DNA from: Tubiluchus corallicola | Taxonomy: Eukaryota > Animalia > Priapulida | NCBI GenBank assembly: GCA_030141605.1 | Contig: JAQGDQ010000057.1 | Span: 682,001-746,000 of the forward strand | Direction: 5' to 3' | DNA: 64,000 nt | Shown: positions 26,530 to 39,984 of the stretch, piece by piece | Position numbering within the stretch: the first letter of the stretch is position 1 | How the letters are laid out: each line of letters begins with the position of its first letter | The notes under the pieces: generated by a model | Told to the model about the DNA's origin: nothing | The model's database searches: none | Seen by the model: the letters and a program-made list of their open reading frames with translations, nothing else | Made by a program: the position numbers and the translations under genes

Positions 26530-29500
26530 CAGTGAAGGATTGTGAATTTAGCTCCAAATTAGTTTCATTGTTTTAACATCTAACCGGGTTACATTGCTAA
26601 AGGAAGCAACTCTCGAGCAACATTCATTGTGTTTTAATATACTTTTCAAAATATTGAAACTAACACATAATATTCATGCATAAAATGCCTTGCTGAAAAA
26701 TGCAAAAAAAATTTAAATCATTAATTGGAGGTTATTATGTTGTCATGACTTTTTCGTTACATAGTGGACAACGGAATTGTCAGAAAGCAAAAAATAGCCT
26801 TATTTAATCTCTCGTTTAACATTTTGCATTGTTTGCAAAACTTTGGTAATAGTAATTGTAACTGCAAAAAAGTTTGCACAACCACCTGGCTGGATAAGTG
26901 TTAATATTGCACGATAACCTGGATGGTGCCACTTTTTGTTCAAAATGAGCACTCTTAAGCTTGAATTGGTCGTGACTTTGTAATTTATTTTACAAATTAC
27001 CTGAGGCACTTACTGCAGTTTTATTGCCGAAACTTTCTAACATTTTCCTCAAATATTAAAATAAACTGAACTTCCTAAGAGATTAGGCTTTGCTTTAACA
27101 TCTATGAACAAATTACTATTTGAAATTTTCACAAAAACGTAAATTAAATGGTGTAAAATATTTGTTTAAGTTAAAAATTCCCCTCTCATGAACTGTGGAC
27201 CTGTTCATTAGAAATATGTTTCCCTGATACTCGCAGCTTAACTTGCTCCTCGCAGAAAAACATCCAGTAGATACCTCCCTTCTATATTTTAGTAAATTAG
27301 GTGCAAATCCTAAATTTATGTTCATATTTTCACTTTCTAGTTTTAACTCTTTACCGTGAATGTCCGCTAGTCTTGTTTCTGTTGCGTCTGTATACCAGTA
27401 ACAACAAACCAAATTGTATTCGTATTGTGTACGAAACTGCATTTGCGATTAAGCAAGTTGGAAGGGGTCTAAATTTGCCATTTGGGTACATGGTATACAA
27501 TATTCGTATCTATATGACCTTTGAGTATTAAAAATTTTAATAAAGTGTTCAAAACATGAAGTTAATGTAGTTATTATTTTGACGAGAGTAAAACAATATC
27601 GGATCATTCTACGAAAGGCTATTATTCAGCTTTATAAGGCTCTGTTATCTACAACTTTTAATAATAAACAGTTTATTAAAACCTTATTTCAAGTTGCCTG
27701 ATTAAATCTGTTACATTCTGACCAGCTTTAAAATTATGCTGCCAAGTGCATGCTAAAAAAGTGATAAGAATATCTGATGTCGGTAATACTGTTATCTTGG
27801 CTTGTTTTTAACTTTTTGCTGCTGAGGTTGTTTGGATATTAGATTTTTAGGAGTCCACACGATTGCTCTTCTTTTCACTAATTAATATCCCTATCAACGA
27901 AAGTCTTACCAATGCAGAATAGTCAGAGATGTGAATGATTACTGTATTCTACAAATGTCATCTTTCACACTTCGTCATGATGAGTGTAACCACTTCAAAA
28001 TACCAAGGCTCATTTGATCAGAAGCTCAAAAATCATCACTTGTGATAATTTAACTTGCTATTCAATATACACGTTCCTGTTATATTAGGAATTAAATCCT
28101 AAACTGTACAGCTGGAAAGTCAATTTTTATATCAAGATCTAGAACTTTGAGTGAAAAAAGAGCTGTACGTAGTACTATGATAAAACACTTTGCTAAATTG
28201 TAAGTGATTCATTTTCGTCTGACATTTATTTTTGACAAAATTGCTTGAGTATTATTAGCTATTCAGCAAAAACTCAAGATTTATGATGAAGTAAAATATT
28301 AAGTAAGAAAAGCTGATGTGCACTGGTAACTTGTAAAATTGTCATGTAATTTGAATTCCATACTTTTACCAATGTTTATAATATATATAAAAATACCCAA
28401 GTGTGCAAATGCTATGTGGTGTTCCCACGCCTCGAGATTCTGCGTAATATAAATTTGTGATTTATTATGAAAATTCGCATTGCTAGTCATTCAGCTGTTT
28501 TGTCTTAATAAAATGTATCTTCCGGTACATATTTTATTACAATAAACTCACTTTGTGTATTGTACAGGATATATTCCCTTTAAGTTTTTGCTTACTTGTC
28601 ACATCCCTTTCTCCTTATTCAGCTTTCTTAAAATTTTCTTTTAGTTTATCCAATTACGATAAATTCTTACTAATTCTGATTATTTGATGAGTGATGGTAC
28701 AGATGTAACCAGAATCCTATTTTATTATAATACAGCTTTAAAAGCACTAAACCTATTAAAACGACATAGACATGTATTTTGCTTGAACAAGAGAAAATTC
28801 TGCATAAAATTTTTGGTGAAATAAATTAGAAGTTATAAGCTTGCTCATTCTAACCACGATGCAGATTTTACAACTTGCAAGCTTACTAAAATCTAGGGTA
28901 CAATTTGAAAAAATATCATCATTATGGTACTTACTAATTTTATATGCTGTACTCTTCTACACAGTAGTGAATACTGTTTTTCTAAACCTTTAAATTCTTA
29001 CGGACACGTTTTACTGTTTTTTTTTGTTCTCATTATTTTCTGCATGGCAGTTGATAACACTTACTGGAAACCCAAAAAAACTGGATTTGCATAATTTATT
29101 TTGAATGGCATGAACAGCCATAGTTATATATAATATAATATAAAAAACATAAGATCATAAAACAAAAAAAAATATTGTATACAAAATTTACTGCTACTTT
29201 TGCATTGAACAATTCACAATAATTAAATTTAAAAACAAATATGGCTGAAAGAAATGAGAAAAAAAGGAGCATTCAAATCCAGGTTTAGCTGCAACTTCCA
29301 CTCTTCATTGTTACAGAAATATTTGGTTCGAACAACCAATGAATATTTTAAAATTATTTAGAAACTAACATTCATGACAATACATCTGTACTTAAAGAAA
29401 CAACTTTAAAATGATTAAGTCCTAATTTTGGGCTGTAACTGTTGTGGATTTTTCACCTCTAGTGGTAAAACTACCTACTAGCTGAGAATTGGCACCACTG

Positions 29501-30453
29501 TTACTTGGTTTGAGACAGATATCCACGATCAAAAGGCTAATTAGTTTTGTTTTTCACAAACACAAAGAGTAAAGACATTGTTTGTGTAGAAAAAATTTTA
29601 AATTTGTTACAATCTCTTTCACACATGAATAAAATTATGTATTTGCGATGTTTACTGCAGAAACACATGCAATCATCAAAATAGTACAGGTTACCAACCA
29701 ACAAAAAACCATAACTTTCAAAGTAAATAATAGATTTTGTGTGAGAGGGTAAATGTGGCACTTTCATGTACATGAGCTATATACAAGTGCTTGCCTAATC
29801 AACAGTACAGTGCAAATTTTAATTTACAAAGTAGTTGAATTCACATGCAATTTTACGAACAATTTTTTTGCATACATTTTCAATTAGATGACATCAGCAA
29901 ATTAAAATTCATACAGTTTAGTAACAATTCAATTAGCCAAAATTATGGACAATTACGTCATAATTACTCAAAATAGTCTGTAGTTAAGATTAAGCAGATT
30001 AGTCTAAGAGATTCACTATATATAGAAAATTCAATTAACAAAAGAAAATATGAACAGCAGCTTGGTTAGTTATTTACTAATAATATGATGTATATATGGT
30101 ATATATTTGTTATTGTAATCAGTAAACAGTTTTACATTCTCTATAACAGTATTATGCCTGACTGATAAAGTTTTTAAAACTAAAATTTCATCACACAAAA
30201 GTTAATTAAAGCAATACATTCACTAGAACCATCAACTACTGAGAAGTCACCAGAACATAACCCAGAACACACTTAATCAAGTAACTGGCAATATTTTACT
30301 AAAAAGTGTAAACACTTAACAACTTTTAACACTTAAGCAAGTTACATTGGAATTACAGTATTTATTTTGCATGCTCTTCCTAAACAACTAGCCATTAACA
30401 CAGGTTATTATTTCATATCCATGACTTTGCCACAGCTACACACTCTTACTACT

Positions 30454-30555
30454 TCACAACTTTGACTTGACCGTAGATACATCAATATAAGGTTTGACCA
30501 GTGGGAACAAACCCAAGTTGCTCTTGAATGTTGTTATGTCAGTTACAATCTCAGG
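30454..30555 (-). CDS. IDE: IDE terminal exon, ending in PTS1 SKL
   Basis: PEIVTDITTFKSNLGLFPLVKPYIDVSTVKSKL*. Confidence 0.93.
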   Translation of the reverse strand, partial: PEIVTDITTFKSNLGLFPLVKPYIDVSTVKSKL

Positions 30556-31276
30556 CTAAAGTAAAAAATATTAAGTATTAATTCACACCAGTTCACACGT
30601 TACAAATTACCTTAAAAACTCAGCATTCAACAATATTTTCCTAAATATAATTATAAAAGTAGAAGTGTAGTGCAGAGTTAAATTTAGTAGTATTTTTAAA
30701 AACTGCTTCACGTGGAAGGAGCTGACGCTATTTATCCGTTGTATTTTGCCAATTTTGATAATATTCTGGACTAAACACACGTACATGAATGGTAGAATAT
30801 TGTATGAAAATCTCAGTGTACTGCCGGAAAATTTCTCTACAAGGTTTCAAGTATTCTGCCCAGAGCCAGATGGGAACAAATTTAATAATTCTACAAAGTG
30901 AAAAATGGACGTTATGGACTAAGTCAATAGCAGTAAAACCGGTATTTGCAAATTTATCATATGTGACGTGCAGGTAATTACAACAATAGCTCCAGTTTTT
31001 CAGAAAATACAGAAGTTCTGGAAAAAATCATTGTGAAGATATAATATAACATAATATTAGAAAATCCAATTTTATTATTAAAATTTATCAAAAACAAGGC
31101 TTTGAAATATACATTCTTATAGAAATAATAGGTAAATGGTCCAACAAGTTTGCCAATAAGAAATATATAGGTTTACATTTTTAGCTTCAGCAAAATTTTG
31201 TAAAGCTGCACCATTTTACTTAAAACTTTATAAATAGCATAAAAGTGGTGCAAAATGTTTCTTTTGCGAAACTTAC

Positions 31277-31381
31277 CAGCTCCAATGCAAATCCACATTA
31301 CATAAAATAATCAGCTCCAATGCAAATCCACATTACATAAAATAATCAGCTCCAATGCAAATCCACATTACATAAAATAAT
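31277..31381. repeat. 3 x 35-bp perfect tandem repeat
   Basis: CAGCTCCAATGCAAATCCACATTACATAAAATAAT x3. Confidence 0.95.
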
Positions 31382-32001
31382 TAAAGTTTATGAGAAATTA
31401 GAATTGTCACCAACATTATTTAACAATGTTAACAGCTTAGTGAAGTTTAAGCTTTAATTTTTTTCCACAGTCTTTTATTTCGCCATCACATATTACTTAA
31501 CCTATACAAACCCAGACTTAACCAAAAAAGAAAGAGAACTAAAGTTTTGTCACAAGTAGTTTTAGAAAATAAATATTGCCCGTTCTCTTTAGTAACTAAG
31601 TAACTAACATTGCAACTTTAGTATGAATATAAATTCTCTCCAGTAACTCTAGCTGTGTGCTGAAATTCTTCACACACTTTATTCAGTTACTTGACCAGCT
31701 GTAGCCAATGAGAAATGAATAAACACACAAACGTAGATATTAAGGATTTTACATTAGAGATTATTAATATTAAATTAAAGCAACGAGAATGAATTTTATA
31801 GAAATTACTGCATACACCAAGGGCTAACATTGTCTGGTTCTGTGAGCTTGCCAAGGTATTGTCTCAAAAATGAATGTGACAACTTTTGACTGAATTGTCT
31901 CAAAGACAGTCACATATTAATAATGATTTATCATTAAATGACAAAGAAGCGAACAGGTATTTCACACAAGTTAATTGCAAATAATTCAATGTCTTACAAA
32001 C

Positions 32002-32160
32002 CTCTTTTAGTCTGGCTGCGACAACTGGATCTTCTAAAACTGGTTTGTGTTCCAATTGCTGTTGCTGTATTTGATCTCCATCACCATTGCCACGCTTAGC
32101 TGTAGAATTTATATGTACAGCTAGTTTATGTCTATACGGGGCACCAACAGCTATAACATC
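32002..32160 (-). CDS. IDE: IDE exon
   Basis: DVIAVGAPYRHKLAVHI...VAARLKE; donor GAG|GTTTGT required by phase. Confidence 0.85.
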
Positions 32161-32604
32161 CTACAAATTCATAAAAGCTCATCTTAAGAAATTTCTAACC
32201 AAAAATAGCCTCTCATTTAGCAAATCAACTGCATATAATACAAAAATAACCATTATCGATGCAGTTACAATATTCGTAGTAACTTACTACAAAACTATGA
32301 ACAACTGCAAGACAAATCCAGAATTATGTAATTACAATTTATACTCTAAAATTAGAAAAAGGTACTTATTTTAAAGTTATAGAACCATAAACTAAATTAA
32401 TTTAGTGAAAGTAAATTTTGCAATATTTTGCTTTTGATTAAAATTTAAATACTTGAAAACCTGAATACGAATTTGCACAAATGGCAACAACTGCATGATG
32501 TTATGAATATTTCTTTCAATTTCATTTTTATGCACGTAAAGTGATGATGACAAAAATGACGATAATGACGCCAGGTTTGTTCAGAAATAAGAACAAGATT
32601 TCAC

Positions 32605-32666
32605 CTTATAAAATTTTAGGACATCATCTTTTGTCAGTGTCTTTAAATGAGTCACTTCTATGTTAT
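32605..32666 (-). CDS. IDE: IDE exon
   Basis: (D)NIEVTHLKTLTKDDVLKFYK. Confidence 0.93.
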
Positions 32667-33008
32667 CTGTTAATAGAACAAAAAAAAAACAGAATCAAAA
32701 CTGTATTAACAGTAGGAACAAATGGAAAAATCAGTAATAATATGTAAATGTTGTTACATAATTTGCTAACAGTTAAAATTACAAAAAAAAATCAAACTTG
32801 TTCGTACATTTCTTTACTTACAAAAATTATGTTGCGCTTTGCTAAATTTGGGATAAGTAAACAAAACTAATTTCTAAAATTTCTGCTGTTGAAAGATTAT
32901 GAAGTTCAAGATAAAATCTGAAAAGACTATGCACACAAAAAACTGTATTAACAACCACATGGTGTCCTCAGCCAGAGTCATTACAAAAAACAAAAACTTC
33001 ACAGTTAC

Positions 33009-33232
33009 TATAGTGTAAGCCATAGCTAAGATCAGAGAACCATAGATAACCATTGTCCACTATTAACTAGCACTGACTTGATAGTGGTGTGATGTTGTGC
33101 ACACCTGAGCAGGATAATGGACAATGGACCTTTGGCAACCTATTGTTTGGAACGGTAGATAAATGCTTTTCTATAAATGTAGAAATTAATCCTGTTTAAA
33201 CTTTATTTAATGTGTACATCATATACAAAAGA
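33009..33232 (+). repeat. 5' LTR
   Basis: Direct repeat of 37490-37715, roughly 90% identical by eye; followed by the PBS. Confidence 0.9.
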
Positions 33233-36200
33233 TGGTGGCAGCGCAAATTAGGACATTCAAGGAAAAAACTACCATCAATATTTTTCCGCATTAAGCAGAA
33301 TTAATGCACTAAACAGAGAATCACGGATACTCGTCTGCAGTCAGCGTGGGCAGGACACTGGATATTTGTTCTACGGTAAGACAACTGCCAACAAAGCAAA
33401 TAAATTATTAAGAAGCACTTCAAAGTGATAAACTTCGGTCACAGTGCATTGTTTACTACAGACTACAGTAGAAAGTAGTAATCTGAAGTATTATCGCCAG
33501 AAGAATATTGAGTCATTTTCATTATGACATCACAGTATGTGCCTGCTCCTGAAGCACTCAGTCTCAGCGGCAATGTAAAAGAAAACTTTTAATGTTTTCA
33601 ACAGAGATTTAACTTGTATCTCACAGCTACAGGTATTGCTAGTAAGACAGCAAAAGGAAAAGCTGCTTTATTATTAGAGATAATTATTGGAGATGAAGCG
33701 AGAAATATTTATAATGGATTTACTTGGCAAACTGCAGAAGAGAAGGACTGCTATTTTAGAAAAGTTTAAAGGCTATTTCATACCAAAGGTAAATTTAGTT
33801 TATGAGAGGCACTTATTTCACACATGTTCACAAAAACCTGGTGAAAAATTCGAAAGTTTTTACACAGAACTTTGTGTAATGGTGAAAAAGTGTGAATTTG
33901 GAGAGTTAAATACTGATATGTTACGCGACAGAGTTGTATGCGGTGTATCCAGCGAGATTACTACGAGAGTCAGAACTCACATTGGATTCAGTGGTGAATA
34001 TGTGCCAAGCATCTGAAGTAACTGATGGACAGAAGAAAACACTTGCAACTGCATCAACTTCAGCAGAGGAAGTGCATCGTGTTCAAACAAAGTACACTAA
34101 GGACAGAAAGCAACAACCTAAATCTAGTAGTGCAAAGGTTAGTAAAATGTGCATCTAGATTTCAAGGTCAGGCAACCAAATCCTTAAAATGAGGCACTAA
34201 TTGCAAATTTTGCAGTAAAGGAAGCCATGACAGAAGTAGTTGTCCAGCCAGTAACCAAATGTGCTACAAGTGCAAATAACCGTGGACATTTTAAATCCAT
34301 GTGTTTATCAAAGCGTCTGGTGCAAGGCTTTGTACAAGAAGTATCTAGCTCAGGCAATGTTGGACAGTTTCTGAGTGCAGTATTGTCCCAAATTTAGCAA
34401 AGGATTGACTACTAAAAGCAACACGTCATTTAGAGTGGACACTGGTTCTGACATCACAGTGCTGCCATATTCTTTGTATCTTCGGAAATTCAAGCACAAA
34501 GTGTTAATGCGGCCAAATAAGAAATTATGCGGACCTGATGGTAAACCACTCGATGTGCTAGGCAGCTTTTCGCGATGATTGTGCATAATGGTGAAAGCCT
34601 GCAAGAAAATATCTATATTTTGCATAATGGCTCACCTCCATTGCTCAGCCGTGAAGCTAGTGAAAAACTAGGTATTGTGCAATTCAACGCGAACAGTGAA
34701 TCTAGTGTACCAAATATCAAGCAGCAGTTTCCTTTCCAGATTTATTTGATGGGCTGGGAAAACTCAAAAGAGTTTATAAAATACATATCGATCCTTCAGT
34801 GAAACCATATTCTGTTTCTACACCTAGAAGAGTTCCGCTTCCCCTGATGGATACCGTCAAACAAGAACTGAAACGTCTGCAAGATCAAGGGGTCATTCGT
34901 CCAGTAGATCAAGCTACAGAATGGTGTGCACCATATGGTGGTGGTACCTAAGAAACCTCTCAAATCAGAGCGACAAAAAAGAAGTAAAATAAACCAAGTT
35001 CGCGTCTGTGTTGCTCACAAAGTTAAATAGTGCAGTCCATTGAGAACGTCATATGCTTCCGTCAGTGGATCATGTACTAGGTCAACTAGCAGGTGGGACA
35101 GTATTTTCAAAACTGGATGCTAATTCTGGATTTTATCGACTCCCACTTGATGAAGAGTCACAACTTTTCACTACATTTATTACTACGTTTGGAAGATTTA
35201 CCTTCTGTCATTTACCCTTTGGAATTTCTTCGGGGCCGGAAGTTTTCCAGAAAGAGGCATCTCTCATACTAGATTGCCTAGAAGGAGTCGTGTGTTTAAT
35301 AGATGACATTTTAATATCAGGCCGTGATAAAGCAGAACATGACGAACGCTTGTACAAGGCTCTACAAAAACTACAAGCAGCAGGAATAACTCTCAACATG
35401 GATAAGTGAAGTTTCATAAAAACGAAATAAAATTCCTAGGGCACGTGACAAAGGTAGACACTACAAAAGTTTCTGCTATTGCTGATATGCCTGCATCTAG
35501 CAACATTTCCGAGGTAAGAAGATTTCTTGGCATGGCCAGTCAACTTGGTAAATTTGTACCTCACTTGGCAGACATACCCAGACCTATCTGCAGTTTCCTC
35601 AACACTGATGTACAGTGGGTCTGGGGTCCAGACCAAGAACAGGCCTTTATTAGGATAAAGGAATTGTTGAGTAATGCTCCAGTTTTAGCAGGGTATGATG
35701 TAGCCAAGGACCACAAAGTGTCAGTTGATGCTTCATTATATGGCTTAGGTGCTGTTTTCTTGCAAAGGGACCAAGATCTGTGGTATCCTATAGCATACGC
35801 ATCCAGGTCACTCAGCCCGACAGAGGAAGGTAATGCCCAAATTGAAAAAGAAGCTCGGGCAGCAACGTTGGCATGTGAACGTTTCCAAGATTATTTGGTG
35901 GGTCTCCCAGGTTTCTTAATTGAAACAGACCATAAACCGCTAGTCGCAGTTCTAGGTTATAAGGACTTGAATGATGCTTCAGCAAGAATACAGAGATTCC
36001 GCATGCGCCTTATGAGATTTTCCTACGACATGGTATACATACCTGGAAAAACACTCTGCGCAGCAGACGCACTTTCAAGAGCTCCTCAAGGTCAGTCAGA
36101 AGAAGTCAATATCAACTTCATGGAAGAAGTCAAAGATTATGTTGCCATGATTACTGAAAGTCTTCTAGCATCAGATAAGCAGCTAGATGAAATATGCCAA

Positions 36201-37489
36201 CATCAGCAGGAGGATGTAATTTGTAAACAAATCCTCTAGAAAACTCAGGAGGGTTGGCCAGATAAGACGTGCTAAAACGATACTGGCAGTACCTTGGTGA
36301 CATAATGGTTAATCAAGGTTTATTATGGCACTCGCTTATTCATTTTTTCATCACTCAGAATTGATATTCTGAACCACATTCATGAAGGCCATCAAGGCAT
36401 CATAAAATGCAGACAGCGTGTAGCTCAGTCAATTTGGTGGCCAGGGCTAAGCAGGGATGTAGCTGACTTGATCAAAAATTGTAGGACATGCTGCATGAAT
36501 GCTAAAAATAGTCCAGAACTACTTGTTCCTACGCAGTTACCTTTCCGACCACGAGAAGGAGTTACAGGTGGTTTGTGTTCATCAAACAAGCTCATTACTT
36601 GGTAGTCGTGGACTATTTATTGTTCATGGTACATAGAAATGGCTAGACTTCCAGAGACTTCAGGATCAACCGTGATCAACTACATGAAATCAATTTTTGC
36701 TAGACATGGTACTCCCCTTACTCTTGTTTCAAACAATGGGACACAGTTTTCATGGAAAGAATTCCTAGAATTTGCTTCAGAATATGGATTCATCCATGTT
36801 ACTAGCAGCCCTACGCATCCTTCAGCAAATGGCGAAGCTGAGTGGGCAGTTCGGACTGTGAAGGAACTTCTTCACAGTGCAAGAGATCCTTATGCAGTAA
36901 TACTTTTCTACGAAATCGGATTCAGCTTAATAAGCTTCCTCAAGCAGTGCAACAGGAAGAGGCTACAACCAAAACTCAAGGGAACATACCAGAGGGAACT
37001 TCACAAGAGAAAAGTTCTAATCCATCTATCACTTCTGACAAAAACTCTAATTCTAGTGTTAAAGTTAATACTTACGCTAAAGTGGTATGGTTGTAAAAAC
37101 TCCTGTTAGATATCAGTAAATAACTGGTATAAGTTCAGTTTACTTTGAAATTTGTTTGAGTGCAATTCAAAAAATTTTTGTTATCTAAAGAGTTAGGCAG
37201 TGTTATTCAAAATGATACAAGAATAGTTATTGCAGGGATGATGTATAACTGCTAAAGTATTAATTTTGCAAACAGGAAATTGTTTGTACTACGTATTTCA
37301 GTTAATCTGTTAGTTACAGTGATCACATTCATAATAATTTGTTGCAGTTCAGTAGTAGTTTAATTTTGGAATTGTAATGTGTTTAACATGTTCATTAGTA
37401 GTTATATAGTTGTACTGTGGATGGAGCTTTATTACTAATTCAACTTGGTGTTCAAGGTTAACATGTTTATTGAAACTCAGAAAGGGAGA

Positions 37490-37715
37490 CGTAGTGTAAG
37501 CCATAGGTAAGATCAGAGAACCATAGATAACCATTGTTCACTATTAACTAGGATTAACTTGAAGATGGTGTGATGTTGTGCACACCTGAGCAGGACAATG
37601 GACATAACACCATGGCAACCTATTGTTTGGAACTGTAGATAAACGCTTTTCTATAAATTTTCAATAAATTAATCCAGTTTAAACTTTATTTAATGTGTAC
37701 ATCGTATACAAAATT
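37490..37715 (+). repeat. 3' LTR
   Basis: Preceded by the polypurine tract; exact end uncertain by about 5 nt. Confidence 0.9.
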
Positions 37716-37720
37716 GTTAC

Positions 37721-37868
37721 CTCTGTCAAAATGGTACTGCTGTGATACAATCTCACTCCAGTATCTTGCAGAACGGCCAGACATTTTCTTAGGTTTTTCC
37801 AGTCTTCGTGCAGCAAGTGCTGACACATGCCTCTGAAATTCTTCATCATCTAAATTCTCGATATGTTT
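37721..37868 (-). CDS. IDE: IDE exon
   Basis: KHIENLDDEEFQRHVSALAARRLEKPKKMSGRSARYWSEIVSQQYHFDR. Confidence 0.95.
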
Positions 37869-39315
37869 CTGTAATTATAAAAAATGAAAGCAAACTAAAT
37901 CCGTGTCAGTTCAAATAGCAGTGCAAAACTGAAAAACAAAAACACAAAAAAGTTAAACACTTTTTTCTGCTTTACCCAAACAAATAGCAATCGTATCAAA
38001 TGGATTTTAACATAATTTTATAGAGACTTAACTGGGTAACAATGAACAGTTGATATCATTTCTCCAATATAAGAGTGGGAAAAAATTACTATCACTTCTG
38101 TAAGAAAAACCAATCTCAAAAGGTTGTGCTGCCTTTCAATGAATAACATGTGAAAAGATGGTCTGTAATGGTGAAGTCAGAAAGAAATTTATTCTAAATA
38201 CATGACAGTTTGTTCACTTTCCAACCTTTTTATCATTGGAGAAAAGGTAGGGAAAAACAGAAATGTATGTACTAAAAATCATGTTTTAAAATAAACACGT
38301 TTTAATTGTTTCATGATGCCTTGGTATATTGATCAGAAACAGCAGAAACCACAGTTTTTAGTGACATGAAGGGGTATAAAGAGAAATTTTGTATGGCACA
38401 ATAAAAAGTATGGCACGAGAAATTACTGCACAACAAAAAGTATGCACGGGTGTGTGTCACTTATCTAACGGTAATGGCATTAGAATTAGATCAATCAGTG
38501 CCAATTTGATTTTAAATGAAAAAAATACTGTTTTTTGGCATTTGGTGGAAATATTCTGTAGAATGTCATTTTAGTTACTGCAGCTGCTAGTTGCTAGAGA
38601 ATAATTCTGATACCAAAATCAACCTTTAGCTTTTCAAATTGCAAAAGCTTCCTAAAACAGAATGTCATAACAAACACCCCAGAAGAACTGTGAACCTTCT
38701 GCTAAGTAGTCCAGCTTCATTTGAGGAAAAAAGTATCCGGATTTTCAAGGAAAAGTCAACAAACAATTTGTTTTACCAAATTTTGATATGCTGACTTCAA
38801 CTATCTGATTTGTCAAACTTGATTTTGCTTTTTAGCAAAGAAGAAATAAACAAAATAGATGCCACCTAAAAACATTTTTTTTCAAAATTTCATTAAGAAA
38901 TTTGTATCAAATACTACAAAGGGAGTTTTTAAGGTGCTGGATTTAAATAGTTTGCTTTCTAAACCACATTTTGATTTTTTGTCAATAAAATAAAAAAAAA
39001 CAAAATGGCCATTACTAAAAAATAAATTATTACAGCATTATTTTGAGGAATTAATACAAAAGCTATTTAGCTTTGCATGCTGTTTTGAATTCATTCAATT
39101 CTCAACAATAGTACCAGCCAAGTAAAATGGTTTTCTCAGTTACCTAAGCTAACTGAGCCACAAGTAAACAAGTAAATTTTGCAACATACATTATCTCACC
39201 TTTTATCAGAAAACTGAAGCAAACTTTAGTAGTCAATTGTTCACTATTGGCTATTGAAGAATAGAAAATTTAAATTCTTATTTATTAGCAAGCAATATTA
39301 ACAATCAAAGATTAC

Positions 39316-39440
39316 CTCAACTGAATGTAAAAATGTGTCAATGCGTTGGTCAACATATTCACAGCTTCTATCTGACTGGACAATGACACGGAGTCCTTGC
39401 ACACCATGTGCTCGTCTAGGTCCACTGAATACAATATAAC
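39316..39440 (-). CDS. IDE: IDE exon
   Basis: (G)YIVFSGPRRAHGVQGLRVIVQSDRSCEYVDQRIDTFLHSVE. Confidence 0.96.
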
Positions 39441-39970
39441 CTGTAAGAGAAAACAGCAACATAAAAACAGTTACAAAAACAAATAAATAGAAATACGAGT
39501 AAGTACAAGAGAAAACCAAGATTCCAACCTTGGGCTGTTTCTAGGCTACTATAAATTTTGGCAACATGAGGTTCAATTTTTTGGTAAGAATACAAATCCT
39601 ATTTTAGACATCTTGCTACAATCTGCTATTTTATTATGAATAGCTCAAACTTGTGATTGTCAGAGTGTTACCTGGTATGTTAGTGTTATGTTATTTTGAT
39701 GAGGATATTGTACAAAATAAATGCTTCTGAGACTTTGGTTAGCAAAGAACTTTTATTCTACAAATAATTTGGTTCTTATCACTAAAATACTAAACTGTTC
39801 TAGTTAAATTTCCTAAACCTATTATTAAAGAACATATTTTTGTGCAAATTTGTTAATAACTAATTCTTGTACAGTTTGCCATTTTGCAAGCCAGAATCCA
39901 GAATTCAGTAGGAGGTTTCACTTAATGCAGACGGTGCTTGTGGCAGGACGGAACGTATTGGTTATCAGAT

Positions 39971-39984
39971 GTTGCCATAGTTAC
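39971..39984. promoter_or_regulatory. RFX X-box-like motif in a locally CpG-rich patch
   Basis: GTTGCCATAGTTAC, one mismatch from GTTGCCATAGTAAC; function inferred. Confidence 0.35.

Larger units (their letters stand above)
33009..37715 (+). mobile_element. Ty3/Gypsy LTR retrotransposon, Mag-like, both LTRs present, coding region decayed
   Basis: Paired LTRs; PBS TGGTGGCAGCG at 33233 (tRNA-Leu type); gag from ATG 33524 with two CCHC knuckles; protease VDTGSD; RT (KLDANSGF, LPFGISSGPEVFQ, LIDDILI); RNase H (DAS, ETDHKPL); integrase (HEGHQG..CRTC, SPTHPSANGEAE); PPT AGAAAGGGAGA before 37490; several stops and frameshifts. Confidence 0.95.

Noticed and set aside
27535-27544. CPE (TTTTAAT) overlapping AATAAA in the MARCH5 3' region, suggesting regulation by the neighbouring CPEB
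   Set aside because: Expected by chance in AT-rich DNA, and the 3' end is unmapped
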